Origin: Alphaproteobacteria bacterium | Lineage (GTDB): Bacteria > Pseudomonadota > Alphaproteobacteria > JANQMY01 | DNA: 64,000 nt | NCBI GenBank assembly: GCA_965227095.1 | Contig: CBDDFL010000001.1 | Coordinates: 85,539 to 149,538 of the forward strand | Direction of reading: 5' to 3' | Part shown: positions 35,102 through 45,065 of the stretch, piece after piece | Numbering within the stretch: position 1 is the first letter of the stretch | Layout: each line of letters opens with the position of its first letter | Notes under the pieces: generated by a model | What the model was told of the DNA's origin: nothing | What the model saw: the letters and a program-made list of their open reading frames with translations, nothing else | Databases searched by the model: none | Program-made: the position numbers and the translations under genes

Positions 35102-36214
35102 ATGATTAGGGGCATCGCCCGGGGCGCGGCGGCCATGGCCGTGGGGGCAATGTTCTGGACCGGCGCTTTCGCCGACGAGGTCTATGAGGTTTCAACGGTG
35201 GCCGAGGGATTGGACCACCCGTGGAGCATCGCCTTCCTGCCCAATGGCGACATGCTGGTGACGGAACGGCCGGGCCGGTTGCGCGTGATCCGCAATGGCT
35301 CGCTGATGCCGGACCCGATTGGTGGCGTGCCCAATGTGTATGGGGTCAATCAAGGCGGCCTGTTGGAAGTGGCATTGGACCCTGATTTTGCATCGACCCG
35401 CACGATTTTCATTTCTTATGCCCATGGCACGCCCAACGCGAACACCACGCGCCTGGCCCGCGCGACCTTTGACGGTGTGACGCTCACGGACCTGCAGGTC
35501 ATTTTCGAAGCCGGACCCATGCGGCAAACCTCTGCCCATTATGGCGGCCGCATGGCGTTCTTGCCGGACGGTACCTTGTTGCTGACCTTGGGCGACGGCT
35601 TTGATTACCGCGAGCAGGCACAAGTGTTGAGCAACCATCTCGGTAAGGTGGTGCGCCTCAACAAGGACGGCTCCGTGCCGGACGACAATCCCTTTGTGGG
35701 CGCGGGCGATGCGGCGCCTGAAGTGTGGTCCTATGGCCACCGCAATGTGCAAGGCATTGTCTATGACGCGGCGACGAACCGCGTCTACACCAACGAACAC
35801 GGACCGCAGGGCGGTGACGAATTAAACCTCACCGAAAAGGGTAAAAACTATGGGTGGCCGGTCGCCACCTATGGCCTTGATTATTCGGGCGCGCGCATTT
35901 CTCCCTATACGGAGCGTGAAGGAACCGAGCAACCGCTGACCTATTGGGTGCCGTCCATCGCACCGTCCGGCATGGCGATTTATAACGGCGATAAATTCCC
36001 CCAATGGCAGGGGGACCTGTTCGTGTCGGCCCTGGTGCCGGGGGATGTGCGCCGCATCGATGTGCAGGAATTCGGCCTGGGGCTTGAAGAAACACTGTTT
36101 GCCGAATTGGAAGAACGCATCCGCCAGATTGCGGCGGGACCGGATGGGTATCTTTATTTGCTGACCGACAATCCGGAGGGCCGCGTGCTGAAGGTAACGC
36201 CGAAGCGATACTAG
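35102..36214 (+). CDS. PQQ-dependent soluble sugar (glucose/sorbosone) dehydrogenase, beta-propeller
   Basis: Signal peptide MIRGIARGAAAMAVGAMFWTGAFA; sGDH motifs HPWSIAFLPNGDMLVTER, SYGHRNVQG, NYGWP. An alternative start is ATG 35063. Confidence 0.8.
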   Translation: MIRGIARGAAAMAVGAMFWTGAFADEVYEVSTVAEGLDHPWSIAFLPNGDMLVTERPGRLRVIRNGSLMPDPIGGVPNVYGVNQGGLLEVALDPDFASTRTIFISYAHGTPNANTTRLARATFDGVTLTDLQVIFEAGPMRQTSAHYGGRMAFLPDGTLLLTLGDGFDYREQAQVLSNHLGKVVRLNKDGSVPDDNPFVGAGDAAPEVWSYGHRNVQGIVYDAATNRVYTNEHGPQGGDELNLTEKGKNYGWPVATYGLDYSGARISPYTEREGTEQPLTYWVPSIAPSGMAIYNGDKFPQWQGDLFVSALVPGDVRRIDVQEFGLGLEETLFAELEERIRQIAAGPDGYLYLLTDNPEGRVLKVTPKRY

Positions 36215-36240
36215 GGGCGCTTTTTGCGCAGCAAGGGCTG

Positions 36241-36693
36241 CTAGATACCGTCGAGAAACGCGCGAATGCCGGGATTATCTTTAAGCTGATCAAGTTCGTC
36301 CGTGGTCGGAAGCTGTGGACGATCCCTCTCCGCGTTGACCATGCATAAAAAGCCCAGCGGTTCGCCTTTGGTCGCACGGAACTGATGCCACGTCATCGGA
36401 TCGATTTTAACAAGATCGTTCGGCGCCACCTCCCGCACCTCATCGCCTACCAGGCAATGCCCATGCCCGCGCAGGATCATCACCGCATGTACATGTTCAT
36501 GACGCTCGAGCGTTGAATGTCCGCCCGCGGCCATTTCGAAATAGCGCAATTCGCAGCCAAGGTTCTGATCCTGAAACAAAACCTGGCGCGTGATATCTTT
36601 AAACGGCGCCGCGCCTTCTTCCTTGTAAGCCAGAAGATCCACATTGTCCCAGCGGTAATCCGGCTGAGCTGGTCGGAATGGAGTCTTAGACAT
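36241..36693 (-). CDS. cupin-domain protein
   Basis: Start at MSKTPF (SD-supported internal Met); His-rich cupin motifs HEHVHAVMILRGHGH. Confidence 0.6.
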   Translation of the reverse strand: MSKTPFRPAQPDYRWDNVDLLAYKEEGAAPFKDITRQVLFQDQNLGCELRYFEMAAGGHSTLERHEHVHAVMILRGHGHCLVGDEVREVAPNDLVKIDPMTWHQFRATKGEPLGFLCMVNAERDRPQLPTTDELDQLKDNPGIRAFLDGI

Positions 36694-36706
36694 AGCGATC
36701 TGGCCT

Positions 36707-37807
36707 TCACGCGTAGGAATGAGATTTGACTTTATCTGTGAACAGAGCGGTCTGTTCGGTGAGCTTGTCGCCGGCGGACAGCAGCCCGCCACCAATCAAC
36801 AACATCACATCCTGACCGTAAAAATCTAACATTTCCGGAACACGGTCGACCGTCATGCCGCCGGCGGGAATAGGCACGCAAGACTTAACCGGCAGACCGC
36901 TCGTCAATGCGGTCTCCGCCAGTGTTTTGCAGGTCTGCGGAGAATAGCCGAAGCGGCCGCCATGATTGGGAAAGATGGTTGCATCCGCCCCCATCACGCG
37001 AAAGATTTTCCCCAACAACAATGGCGGCAGAATGTGCGACGCGCCCGCCAACGCCGGATGCGCCATGAACGCCACTTCCGGGTTTTCGCGCGACAATTGC
37101 CGAAATGCAGCGAGCCCCGTAATCATCGGCGCAATCAAAAACGTGTTGAGGCCGCGTTCTTTACCACGGGCGACCTGTTCCCGCAGCTGATCAAGATGGC
37201 CCGAGAGGCTCGGCACATAGCTGGTTTTGCCCCCGGTCTGGGCATTGGCCGTCGCGACAGCATCGCTACAGGCATCCACGCGATCCGCAAACGGACTATA
37301 GGCCTGATCGGCCAAACCATGATCGTCTTTAATGAAATCAAGTCCGCCCAAAGCCATTTGATGCGCAACCCGTCCCAACGCCTTCGCCGGCAAGCCTTGC
37401 GGCTTTAGCGCCGAACAGGTCATGCCCCGATTCTCGGCCCCGCACCGCGCGCGCCAGCCTTCAAGTCCTTGATTTGGTCCGCCAAACGCGCCGGCAACCT
37501 CTGACGGAAACTCGATATCCGCAAGCGTCACGTCCGCATGGATGGACGTGTTGCCAAACGCCATATTCATGAGCTGCCCGGGTTCAAGGCCGGTGGTTTC
37601 GGTCGCCAAACCGATTTTTACTTGAAAGACACCGCTGCCAAGATCGTCTATCTGGGTAACCTTGCCCACAATATCGGAAAGCACACGTTCATCGGCGATC
37701 GCGGACACGGGCATTTCGACGCTTTGCTCAACGGCAATGGTGTGGGCGCGGGCGTCAATTTGATCCGCCGCTTCCCGCACATGATAAATCGCTGTTATTC
37801 TTGACAT
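36707..37807 (-). CDS. RuBisCO-like protein (form IV RLP; no carboxylase function expected)
   Basis: GLDFIKDDHGLADQ (compare RuBisCO GGLDFTKDDE), ~366 aa, RuBisCO large-subunit fold hallmarks. Confidence 0.75.
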   Translation of the reverse strand: MSRITAIYHVREAADQIDARAHTIAVEQSVEMPVSAIADERVLSDIVGKVTQIDDLGSGVFQVKIGLATETTGLEPGQLMNMAFGNTSIHADVTLADIEFPSEVAGAFGGPNQGLEGWRARCGAENRGMTCSALKPQGLPAKALGRVAHQMALGGLDFIKDDHGLADQAYSPFADRVDACSDAVATANAQTGGKTSYVPSLSGHLDQLREQVARGKERGLNTFLIAPMITGLAAFRQLSRENPEVAFMAHPALAGASHILPPLLLGKIFRVMGADATIFPNHGGRFGYSPQTCKTLAETALTSGLPVKSCVPIPAGGMTVDRVPEMLDFYGQDVMLLIGGGLLSAGDKLTEQTALFTDKVKSHSYA

Positions 37808-37878
37808 GAACCCTGTATTTCCGCTTTCACATAAACCCCCATTCATAATCGTTTTCGAAGGGACAAACCAGCGTTCGT

Positions 37879-38673
37879 ATGTCTATCACCGATTTTCTAG
37901 GCCTAAAATCCACCCACAACCCTCACCGTTGGATCCTGCCGGTGGAACAGCGCATCTGCACCCCAGGGGATTTTCTCTTCGGAGGCGCCGCCCTTGCCGC
38001 GGGTATTGAGGCGATGGAGCAAACTACCGGTCGTAAGACGGTTTGGGCCACCGCGCAGTATCTCTCCTTCGCTCGGCGCCCCGCCATAATTGATATCGAT
38101 GTGGAAGTACCCGTGTCAGGCAACAATATCAGCCAAGCGCGCGCTATCGCCCATGTGGGGGACAAAGAAGTGATTGCCGTCAACGCTGCTTTGGGGGACC
38201 GACCGAACAGCCCGGAAGGCGTGTGGGCTGAGTGCCCTAACGTTGCGCCGCCGGAAGACTGCGATGTGGTCCAACTGCCACCAGAGTTCCCACCCAACAT
38301 TCACAACCATGTGGAAAAACGCCTGGTTCACGGTAAATTTGGTTTCTTTGATTTTGGCGAGCCGTCCGATGACGGACGATTAATCTTTTGGTGCAAATTT
38401 CCCAATGTCGAGATGAGCGCCGCCACCCTGGCCATGATCGCGGATTTCATGCCGTCCGGCGTGGGCAATGTGCTGAACCGGCGGGCCGGCGGTAACAGCC
38501 TGGACAACACCTTGCGGGTCATTGCCTTAGAGCCTACTGAATGGGTGCTTTGCGACGTGCATGTTCATGCGTTGGCAAGAGGGTTTGGTCATGGCCGAAT
38601 CCACCTGTGGGGCCAGAACGGAAAGCTTCTTGCCACGGCAAACCAATCGGTGATCGTGCGCATTCACGATTGA
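37879..38673 (+). CDS. acyl-CoA thioesterase II-like (double hot-dog) protein
   Basis: Size and pattern ...RWILPVEQRICTPGDFLFGGAALAA... / ...HALARGFGHGRIHLWGQNGKLLATANQ typical of the TesB family. Confidence 0.6.
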   Translation: MSITDFLGLKSTHNPHRWILPVEQRICTPGDFLFGGAALAAGIEAMEQTTGRKTVWATAQYLSFARRPAIIDIDVEVPVSGNNISQARAIAHVGDKEVIAVNAALGDRPNSPEGVWAECPNVAPPEDCDVVQLPPEFPPNIHNHVEKRLVHGKFGFFDFGEPSDDGRLIFWCKFPNVEMSAATLAMIADFMPSGVGNVLNRRAGGNSLDNTLRVIALEPTEWVLCDVHVHALARGFGHGRIHLWGQNGKLLATANQSVIVRIHD

Positions 38674-38808
38674 TCAAGCCGAAACGGCACGAATGTCATA
38701 GATTGATGTTTTAGGAGTCTCATAATGGGCGCGACCGCAGTCTTTGCGTAACTAACCAACAGTGCTCAAGAGCTTCGGTCTTCCATCGATCACGCTATTG
38801 AGGTCACC

Positions 38809-40416
38809 ATGAGCACCGGACAAGATATCTTACGCGACAATGCGCGCAACAAATCAACGGCCTTTTCACGTGAAGAGCGTGAACGTTTGGGGCTGCGCGG
38901 TCTTTTGCCTTACGCTGTCGCTGATTTCGAAACTCAGCAACGCCGCGCGCTGGAAAATATGCGGCGCAAAGCATATGACATTGAGAAATATATTTTTTTG
39001 AACGCTTTGCTGGAACGGAATCAGGTTCTCTTCTACCGTACACTGATCGACAATATCGAAGAACTGATGCCGCTCATTTACACGCCCACTGTCGGACAGG
39101 CGTGCAAGGAATTCGCCCACATCTTTCGAAAAGCGCAAGGTTTCTACATCACCCCGGAAGACCGTGGAGAAATTCACAAAATTCTGGGCAATTGGCATGA
39201 AGACGACATTCGCATGATCGTTGTCACCGATGGGGAACGCATACTGGGATTAGGTGACCTCGGTGCCAATGGTATGGGTATCCCCATCGGTAAATTATCG
39301 CTCTATGTCGCGGGCGCCGGTATCCACCCCAAACACTGTCTACCGGTCATGCTGGATGTCGGCACCAACAATGAAGACATGCGCAATGACCCGCTTTACC
39401 TCGGCTACCCTCATCCGCGCTTGGAGGGTGACGCATATGATTCGCTGGTTGAGGAATTTGTCCAAGCAGTGCAAAAGCGGTATCCGGGCGCCCTGATCCA
39501 GTTTGAGGATTTTCTGACCCCCAACGCCTACAAGCTTCTCAATCGATATCGGGACAAAGTCCTTTGTTTTAACGACGATATTCAAGGCACCGCAGCCGTG
39601 GCCTTGTCGGGCGTCTATGCGTCCACGCGCATATCCAACACGCCGTTTGAAGACCTTAAGATCATGTTTCTGGGCGCCGGATCAGCAGCGACTGGCATTG
39701 CGGATCTGATGACGTCGGCCTTTGAAGCGGAAGGGTTGTCCAACACGCAAGCCCGTGAGCGGCTATGGTTTGTGGACGTTGACGGCTTGGTGGTGAAGTC
39801 GCGAACCAATCTCATGCCCCACAATCTGCCCTACGCCCATGATGCGGCGCCGGCGGATTTCTTGAGCGCGATCAATTCCTTAAAACCGCATATCCTGATC
39901 GGCGCGACAGGCGCACCCGGGACCTTCACTGAAGCCGCCATCCGCGCCATGAGCACCCATCACGAACGGCCGGCCATTTTCGCCTTGTCCAACCCGACGT
40001 CTCGCGCCGAATGCACAGCGGAACAGGCTTATGACTGGTCGGACGGACGCGCAATTTTTGTAAGCGGCAGCCCCTTCGACGCGGTAGACACCAAGAATGG
40101 GCAGCTTCAACCAGGCCAAGGCAATAATGCCTATATATTCCCGGGCATCGGTCTGGGAGCCCTCGCCTGCACAGCCTCTCGTGTGACGGACAGCATGTTC
40201 CTGGCCGCGGCCCGGTCTCTCGCTGACCAAGTCGCCCAAGAACAAGTTGATCGGGGCACGCTTTATCCCCCTCTGACTCACCTTCGGCGCGTGTCCAAGG
40301 GAATTGCCAGAGCAGTGGCACAGGCCGGATTTGATGACGAGGTTGCCCAAGCGAACTCTATGGCGGACGTCGATGCCTATATTCAATCGAGTTGGTATGA
40401 CGCCTCTTACGGCTAG
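38809..40416 (+). CDS. maeA: NAD-dependent malic enzyme
   Basis: Malic enzyme signatures FNDDIQGTAAV, GAGSAATGIA, YTPTVGQAC. Confidence 0.9.
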   Translation: MSTGQDILRDNARNKSTAFSREERERLGLRGLLPYAVADFETQQRRALENMRRKAYDIEKYIFLNALLERNQVLFYRTLIDNIEELMPLIYTPTVGQACKEFAHIFRKAQGFYITPEDRGEIHKILGNWHEDDIRMIVVTDGERILGLGDLGANGMGIPIGKLSLYVAGAGIHPKHCLPVMLDVGTNNEDMRNDPLYLGYPHPRLEGDAYDSLVEEFVQAVQKRYPGALIQFEDFLTPNAYKLLNRYRDKVLCFNDDIQGTAAVALSGVYASTRISNTPFEDLKIMFLGAGSAATGIADLMTSAFEAEGLSNTQARERLWFVDVDGLVVKSRTNLMPHNLPYAHDAAPADFLSAINSLKPHILIGATGAPGTFTEAAIRAMSTHHERPAIFALSNPTSRAECTAEQAYDWSDGRAIFVSGSPFDAVDTKNGQLQPGQGNNAYIFPGIGLGALACTASRVTDSMFLAAARSLADQVAQEQVDRGTLYPPLTHLRRVSKGIARAVAQAGFDDEVAQANSMADVDAYIQSSWYDASYG

Positions 40417-40564
40417 CCCCAAAACCTCCTCAATTCGGCCATATTGCTGGCATTCCCGCCATAGAAACTTCTAACTAGGTCAGTTTCGACTCGCCTTCAT
40501 GGGTCAATTGTTTAAGATCTCAAGGGTAGTATTTCGGCTCTTCGAGAGTAGCAGTGGGTGTGTC

Positions 40565-41275
40565 ATGTCAGTGTTGCGTACGGATTATTATGTCGTTTCT
40601 GTGACAACCAAGGTCTTAGCTTTGGGTGCATTTCTCTTCACCAGCGCATGTGCGGCGCCCGAAGAGAATTCAGTGGCGGAGCTTCTGGTCGACGCCGCGA
40701 TGGAGCGCACGACCCATAGAGTGACCTATGACGGCGCCTATATGCAGATCGGCTACCCGAATGGCGATGTGCCCAACAATATTGGGGTGTGCACGGATGT
40801 TGTGATCCGTAGCTATCGTGCCTTAGGGATCGACCTTCAAGAACTGGTTCACGAGGACATGAAAGTTGCGTTCTCGGAATATCCTAATCTGGAAATGTGG
40901 GGCCTCCGGGCGCCGGATACAAATATCGACCACCGTCGCGTACTCAATCTTCGTGTCTTCTTTGAGCGCCATGGCGAAAGCCTGCCTGTCACGCAAGACC
41001 CGAACAATTACAGACCGGGCGATCTGGTGACGTGGGATTTAGCGGATGATGGCGACGGCACCAAGAAACCACATATCGGCATCGTGGCCAATGAACGGTC
41101 CTTAAATGGGGTACGGCCCAAGGTCATTCACAATATCGGATGGGGACCTGACATGAACGATATGTTGTTTAAGTTCCAGATTACAGGCCACTATCGCTAC
41201 AATGGCCCCCTCCCGGTGGATCAAGATATTGAGTTGGCGTCCCGATCCGTCGAGGATGACGATTTCGACGACTGA
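40565..41275 (+). CDS. DUF1287-like lipoprotein
   Basis: Signal/lipobox-like LFTSAC; YRPGDLVTW...HIGIV pattern. Confidence 0.5.
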   Translation: MSVLRTDYYVVSVTTKVLALGAFLFTSACAAPEENSVAELLVDAAMERTTHRVTYDGAYMQIGYPNGDVPNNIGVCTDVVIRSYRALGIDLQELVHEDMKVAFSEYPNLEMWGLRAPDTNIDHRRVLNLRVFFERHGESLPVTQDPNNYRPGDLVTWDLADDGDGTKKPHIGIVANERSLNGVRPKVIHNIGWGPDMNDMLFKFQITGHYRYNGPLPVDQDIELASRSVEDDDFDD

Positions 41276-41318
41276 AGGCTAAAGGCTATAAAATTTAGGC
41301 CGTATCGACGTTTATCGG

Positions 41319-42644
41319 CTAGGCTTTGCGGTGGCAGACCACGGGCAGCCACGCATATCCGTGTACGAATGAATTCGGCACCAAATTCGGCTCGTCCAAC
41401 ACCTCGATATGCTCAAACCGCTTGAGCAATTCTTCCCACAACACACGCAATTGAAGCTCCGCAAGGCGGTTGCCCACGCATCTATGAATGCCAAATCCAA
41501 ATGAGACGTGGTTACGCGCTTGTTTGCGGTCAATGATTAGGCGGTTTGGATCTTCTTCCCAGAACGTTTCATCGCGATTGGCGGATATGTACCACATGGC
41601 GATTTGATCGCCTTTCTTGATGGTTTTGCCATGCATCTCTACGTCTTCCAGCGCGGTCCGCCGCATATAGGACAGCGGTGTCTGCCAGCGGATAATTTCC
41701 GCAACCATATTGGGGATGAGCGCGGGGTTTGCTTTTAACTTGGCATATTCATCCGGGAATTTGTTGAGCGCATAGACACCGCCCGACATGCTGTTGCGGG
41801 TCGTATCGTTCCCCCCAACAATCAGCAGCAACACGTTCCCCAGCAACCAATTCATATCGAGATTGCGTGTGGACGCACCATGGGCCAACAGGCTCATCAA
41901 GTCATGACCAGCAGGGGCCGACTTACGTTCTTCATAGATACCGGAGAACGTTGTGAGGCAGTCAGACAATTCCTGCTGCCATTGGTCCCGGCCCCCAGGA
42001 CACACGTCTTTATCGAATGGATTGGTGGTCACATCTGACCAGCGGGTGAGTTGGCGCCGTCTTTCCTGAGGAAACCCGAACAAGGTCGCCAGCATCATGG
42101 CCGTCAATTCGATAGAGACAGTATCGACCCAATCGAAGGGCTCCCCCACCGGCAACCGATCCAATACTTTTTGCGTCCGACCACGGATAAGGGGTTCATA
42201 TTCCTGCAGCATGTTCGGGGCAACGCCGGGCTGAACAGTTTTGCGCTGAACCGAATGAATGGGTTCATCCGCCGTTATAAAACTGTTGGCGTCAAAGCCC
42301 TTGGCTGGCGGGCCCAACACGATGCCGCCATATTTAGCGTCTGATGAAAAACGCGTGTGATCCGTATCTATCGCCAGCACGTCCTTATAGCGGGTGACCG
42401 ACCAATAGGGACCAGAAATGCTATCAGGCGTCCAATGCAACGGATCTTCTTTGCGCAGACGGTCGAACCGATCCCACATTTTGTTCTGCCGCCAGACTTC
42501 CACGTCAATGAGATCGAGCGTTTCCAGATCCAATTCGCTCGCCGGAGGGACGCGATCCCCTTGATCTAAATATTGAGGCCGAGCGGGCTTGCGGTAACTG
42601 AGAGTTGGACGTTCCAACGTCAGGCTGCGGGCGGCTTCCCCCAT
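41319..42644 (-). CDS. Cytochrome P450, CYP153 family (second copy)
   Basis: LLIVGGNDTTRNSMSGG, EIIRWQTPLSYMRRTA, FGFGIHRCVGNRLAE; paralogous to 21918-23192. Confidence 0.9.
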   Translation of the reverse strand: MGEAARSLTLERPTLSYRKPARPQYLDQGDRVPPASELDLETLDLIDVEVWRQNKMWDRFDRLRKEDPLHWTPDSISGPYWSVTRYKDVLAIDTDHTRFSSDAKYGGIVLGPPAKGFDANSFITADEPIHSVQRKTVQPGVAPNMLQEYEPLIRGRTQKVLDRLPVGEPFDWVDTVSIELTAMMLATLFGFPQERRRQLTRWSDVTTNPFDKDVCPGGRDQWQQELSDCLTTFSGIYEERKSAPAGHDLMSLLAHGASTRNLDMNWLLGNVLLLIVGGNDTTRNSMSGGVYALNKFPDEYAKLKANPALIPNMVAEIIRWQTPLSYMRRTALEDVEMHGKTIKKGDQIAMWYISANRDETFWEEDPNRLIIDRKQARNHVSFGFGIHRCVGNRLAELQLRVLWEELLKRFEHIEVLDEPNLVPNSFVHGYAWLPVVCHRKA

Positions 42645-42671
42645 GGGATTTGTTCCTCATGATCACGACTG

Positions 42672-42707
42672 TTGACACTGTCTACTCAAATCTGTAGACA
42701 GTGTCAA
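42672..42707. promoter_or_regulatory. Perfect 14-bp inverted repeat, likely TetR operator in CYP153/tetR divergent promoter
   Basis: TTGACACTGTCTAC-tcaaatct-GTAGACAGTGTCAA, ending 1 bp before the tetR ATG. Confidence 0.6.
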
Positions 42708-42708
42708 C

Positions 42709-43335
42709 ATGGAAGCAGCATTGCTAGAGTCACCCACCCCCCCGCGCAGTGACGGTTTGCGCGCAAGACTCATATCTGTGGCCCTGAAGATCCTAAAAGA
42801 CCAAGGGATTGAAGCCCTTACGCTGCGGGCTGTGGCACGCGGGGCCTGTGTCTCGCATGGCGCGCCCGCGCGGCATTTCAGGAATTTGGATGATCTGAAG
42901 GCCGAAGTGGCGGCGGAAGGCCTGCGTATCGTTTCCGGCGACGTATCGGATGCCATGGCTCAAGTCCCCCCCGGCAGCCCCCCCAAAACGCTGCTCATGG
43001 CGGCCTCACGCGCATATGTAAATTGCGCCCTTGAGAACCCGGGCCTTTTTTCGCTTATCATTCGGACGGGCACGCTGCCCGCATCGAACGACGCGCTGCG
43101 CGTCGAATCCCAATCAACTTACGAACGCTTCCATCGCATGGTTTTAAAGCTTCAGGAAAGAGGGTGGAAAAAAGGGATGGACCCCAAACTGCTTGCGGGG
43201 TCTCTTTGGTCGTCCGTGCATGGGCTGTCTACGCTTTGGATGCACGGGACATACCAACAAGCCCATCCTGATGCCACGCTTGACGATGCGATAGAAAACA
43301 TCTTGGACCTTAATTCACATCCGCGATCCGATTGA
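42709..43335 (+). CDS. TetR-family transcriptional regulator
   Basis: HTH LTLRAVARGACVSHGAPARHF; divergent from CYP153. Confidence 0.85.
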   Translation: MEAALLESPTPPRSDGLRARLISVALKILKDQGIEALTLRAVARGACVSHGAPARHFRNLDDLKAEVAAEGLRIVSGDVSDAMAQVPPGSPPKTLLMAASRAYVNCALENPGLFSLIIRTGTLPASNDALRVESQSTYERFHRMVLKLQERGWKKGMDPKLLAGSLWSSVHGLSTLWMHGTYQQAHPDATLDDAIENILDLNSHPRSD

Positions 43336-43346
43336 AGAAACGCACC

Positions 43347-44966
43347 ATGACCACAGACAGCACACACCATCAATTCATTATCATCGGCGCAGGGGTTTCA
43401 GGCATTTATCAAATCAAGCGTCTCAGTGACATGGGGCTCGATGCAATTGTACTGGAGGGCGACGAAGATTTGGGAGGCACGTGGTATCGCAACAGATATC
43501 CAGGCGCCCGTTTCGATTCCGAAAGCTACACTTATGGCTATTCATTTTCGCAGGAACTTTTGGATGAATGGCACTGGACAGAACGCTTTTCGTCCCAACC
43601 GGAAAATCTGAAATACCTGAACTTCGTCGCTGACAAATTCAACCTGCGCCAATACATGAAGTTTAACGCCCGCGTTGAGTCCATGATCTGGGACGACACC
43701 GCAAATCAATGGCAGCTAACCTTACAGAATGGTGAAACATACACGGCCCAATTTGTAATCACCGGTATTGGCGTCTTGTCGATGCCGACGATGCCCCGCA
43801 TCAAGGGAATTGACGATTTCAAAGGTGAATCCTTCCACACCTATTGGTGGCCCAAAGAACCTGTATCGTTTGCCGGCAAACGGGTTGGCGTGATCGGAAC
43901 AGGGGCGACCGGCATTCAGGTCATCGCGGAGATCGCCGACAAAGTCGGTACACTGACCGTCTTCCAGCGCCGCCCAAATTGGAGCACACCTTTAAACAAC
44001 GCGCCGATCTCTGAAAGTGAGATGGCGGAGATCCGGTCTCGCTATGACGAGATTTTCGCGAATTGCGCCATGTCACCCGGCGGTTTCGAACATGTGCCGG
44101 ACCGGCGTGGCTTTTGGAACGTGAGCAAGGAAGAACGTATTGCCACGTGGGATCGCCTTTATGACACGCCAGGTTTTGCCCTTCTGGCGGGAAATTTTCG
44201 CGAAATCTTCATGGATGAGGCTGCGAACAAAGAGATCTCTGACTACGTGGCCGATCGCATTCGTCAGCGCGTAAACGACCCGAAGGTCGCCGAAAAACTT
44301 ATCCCGAAGGATCACGGATTTGGCGTGCAACGGCTGCCGTTAGAAAGCCGATATTTTGAGGCGTACAATCGCGACAATGTTGAGCTGGTGGACATTACAG
44401 ACTCACCGATCGAGAGGATTACGGAAACAGGCATTCAAACAACCAACGCACACCATGACCTCGATATGATCATTTATGCCACGGGCTTTGACGCGGTGAC
44501 CGGCGCCTTCGACCGTCTGACTGTCAAAGGTGTCGGAGGCGTGGATCTTCGTGACAAATGGAAAGACGGGCCGAAGACCTATCTCGGCCTTCTCGTTCAT
44601 GGATTTCCAAACATGTTCATGGTCGCAGGGCCACAAAGTGCTTCAGGGTCTACAAATTACCCGCGTGCGATCGAAAACGGGGTTAACTGGGTCACCGATC
44701 TGATCGAACACTTGGTCGCGAACGACATAAACAGGTTCGAGGCGACGGCTTCAGCGGAAGAAAGCTGGCAAGAAGCCGTCCAGGACGCCTACGCGGCATT
44801 GCTTCTGCGTAAAAGCCAAGGATGGTTCACGGGATATAACTCGAACATCGCCGGGCGCGAAGTTGGAAAAATCCGTTACCAAGCCTATTTCGGCACAGGC
44901 CCCAAATACACGTCGATCATCAAACAAGTGGCAGAGGACGGGTACCGCACACTTAAGTTCGGTTGA
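43347..44966 (+). CDS. Baeyer-Villiger monooxygenase (type I BVMO)
   Basis: FIIIGAGVSGI (FAD), BVMO fingerprint FKGESFHTYWWP, second Rossmann VGVIGTGATGIQ. Confidence 0.85.
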   Translation: MTTDSTHHQFIIIGAGVSGIYQIKRLSDMGLDAIVLEGDEDLGGTWYRNRYPGARFDSESYTYGYSFSQELLDEWHWTERFSSQPENLKYLNFVADKFNLRQYMKFNARVESMIWDDTANQWQLTLQNGETYTAQFVITGIGVLSMPTMPRIKGIDDFKGESFHTYWWPKEPVSFAGKRVGVIGTGATGIQVIAEIADKVGTLTVFQRRPNWSTPLNNAPISESEMAEIRSRYDEIFANCAMSPGGFEHVPDRRGFWNVSKEERIATWDRLYDTPGFALLAGNFREIFMDEAANKEISDYVADRIRQRVNDPKVAEKLIPKDHGFGVQRLPLESRYFEAYNRDNVELVDITDSPIERITETGIQTTNAHHDLDMIIYATGFDAVTGAFDRLTVKGVGGVDLRDKWKDGPKTYLGLLVHGFPNMFMVAGPQSASGSTNYPRAIENGVNWVTDLIEHLVANDINRFEATASAEESWQEAVQDAYAALLLRKSQGWFTGYNSNIAGREVGKIRYQAYFGTGPKYTSIIKQVAEDGYRTLKFG

Positions 44967-45065
44967 GGCCGGAGTGGCAGACATTTAGCCTGACCGATGT
45001 CGGTCATGCTGCCTTTTTCGTCTGTCAGGTTCTGACATCATCGCATGGCAGTACGGATCGATGCG

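Noticed and set aside
36217-36240. Putative bidirectional terminator between sGDH and cupin (ggggcgctttttgcgcagc)
   Set aside because: The stem is only about 4 bp, too weak to call.
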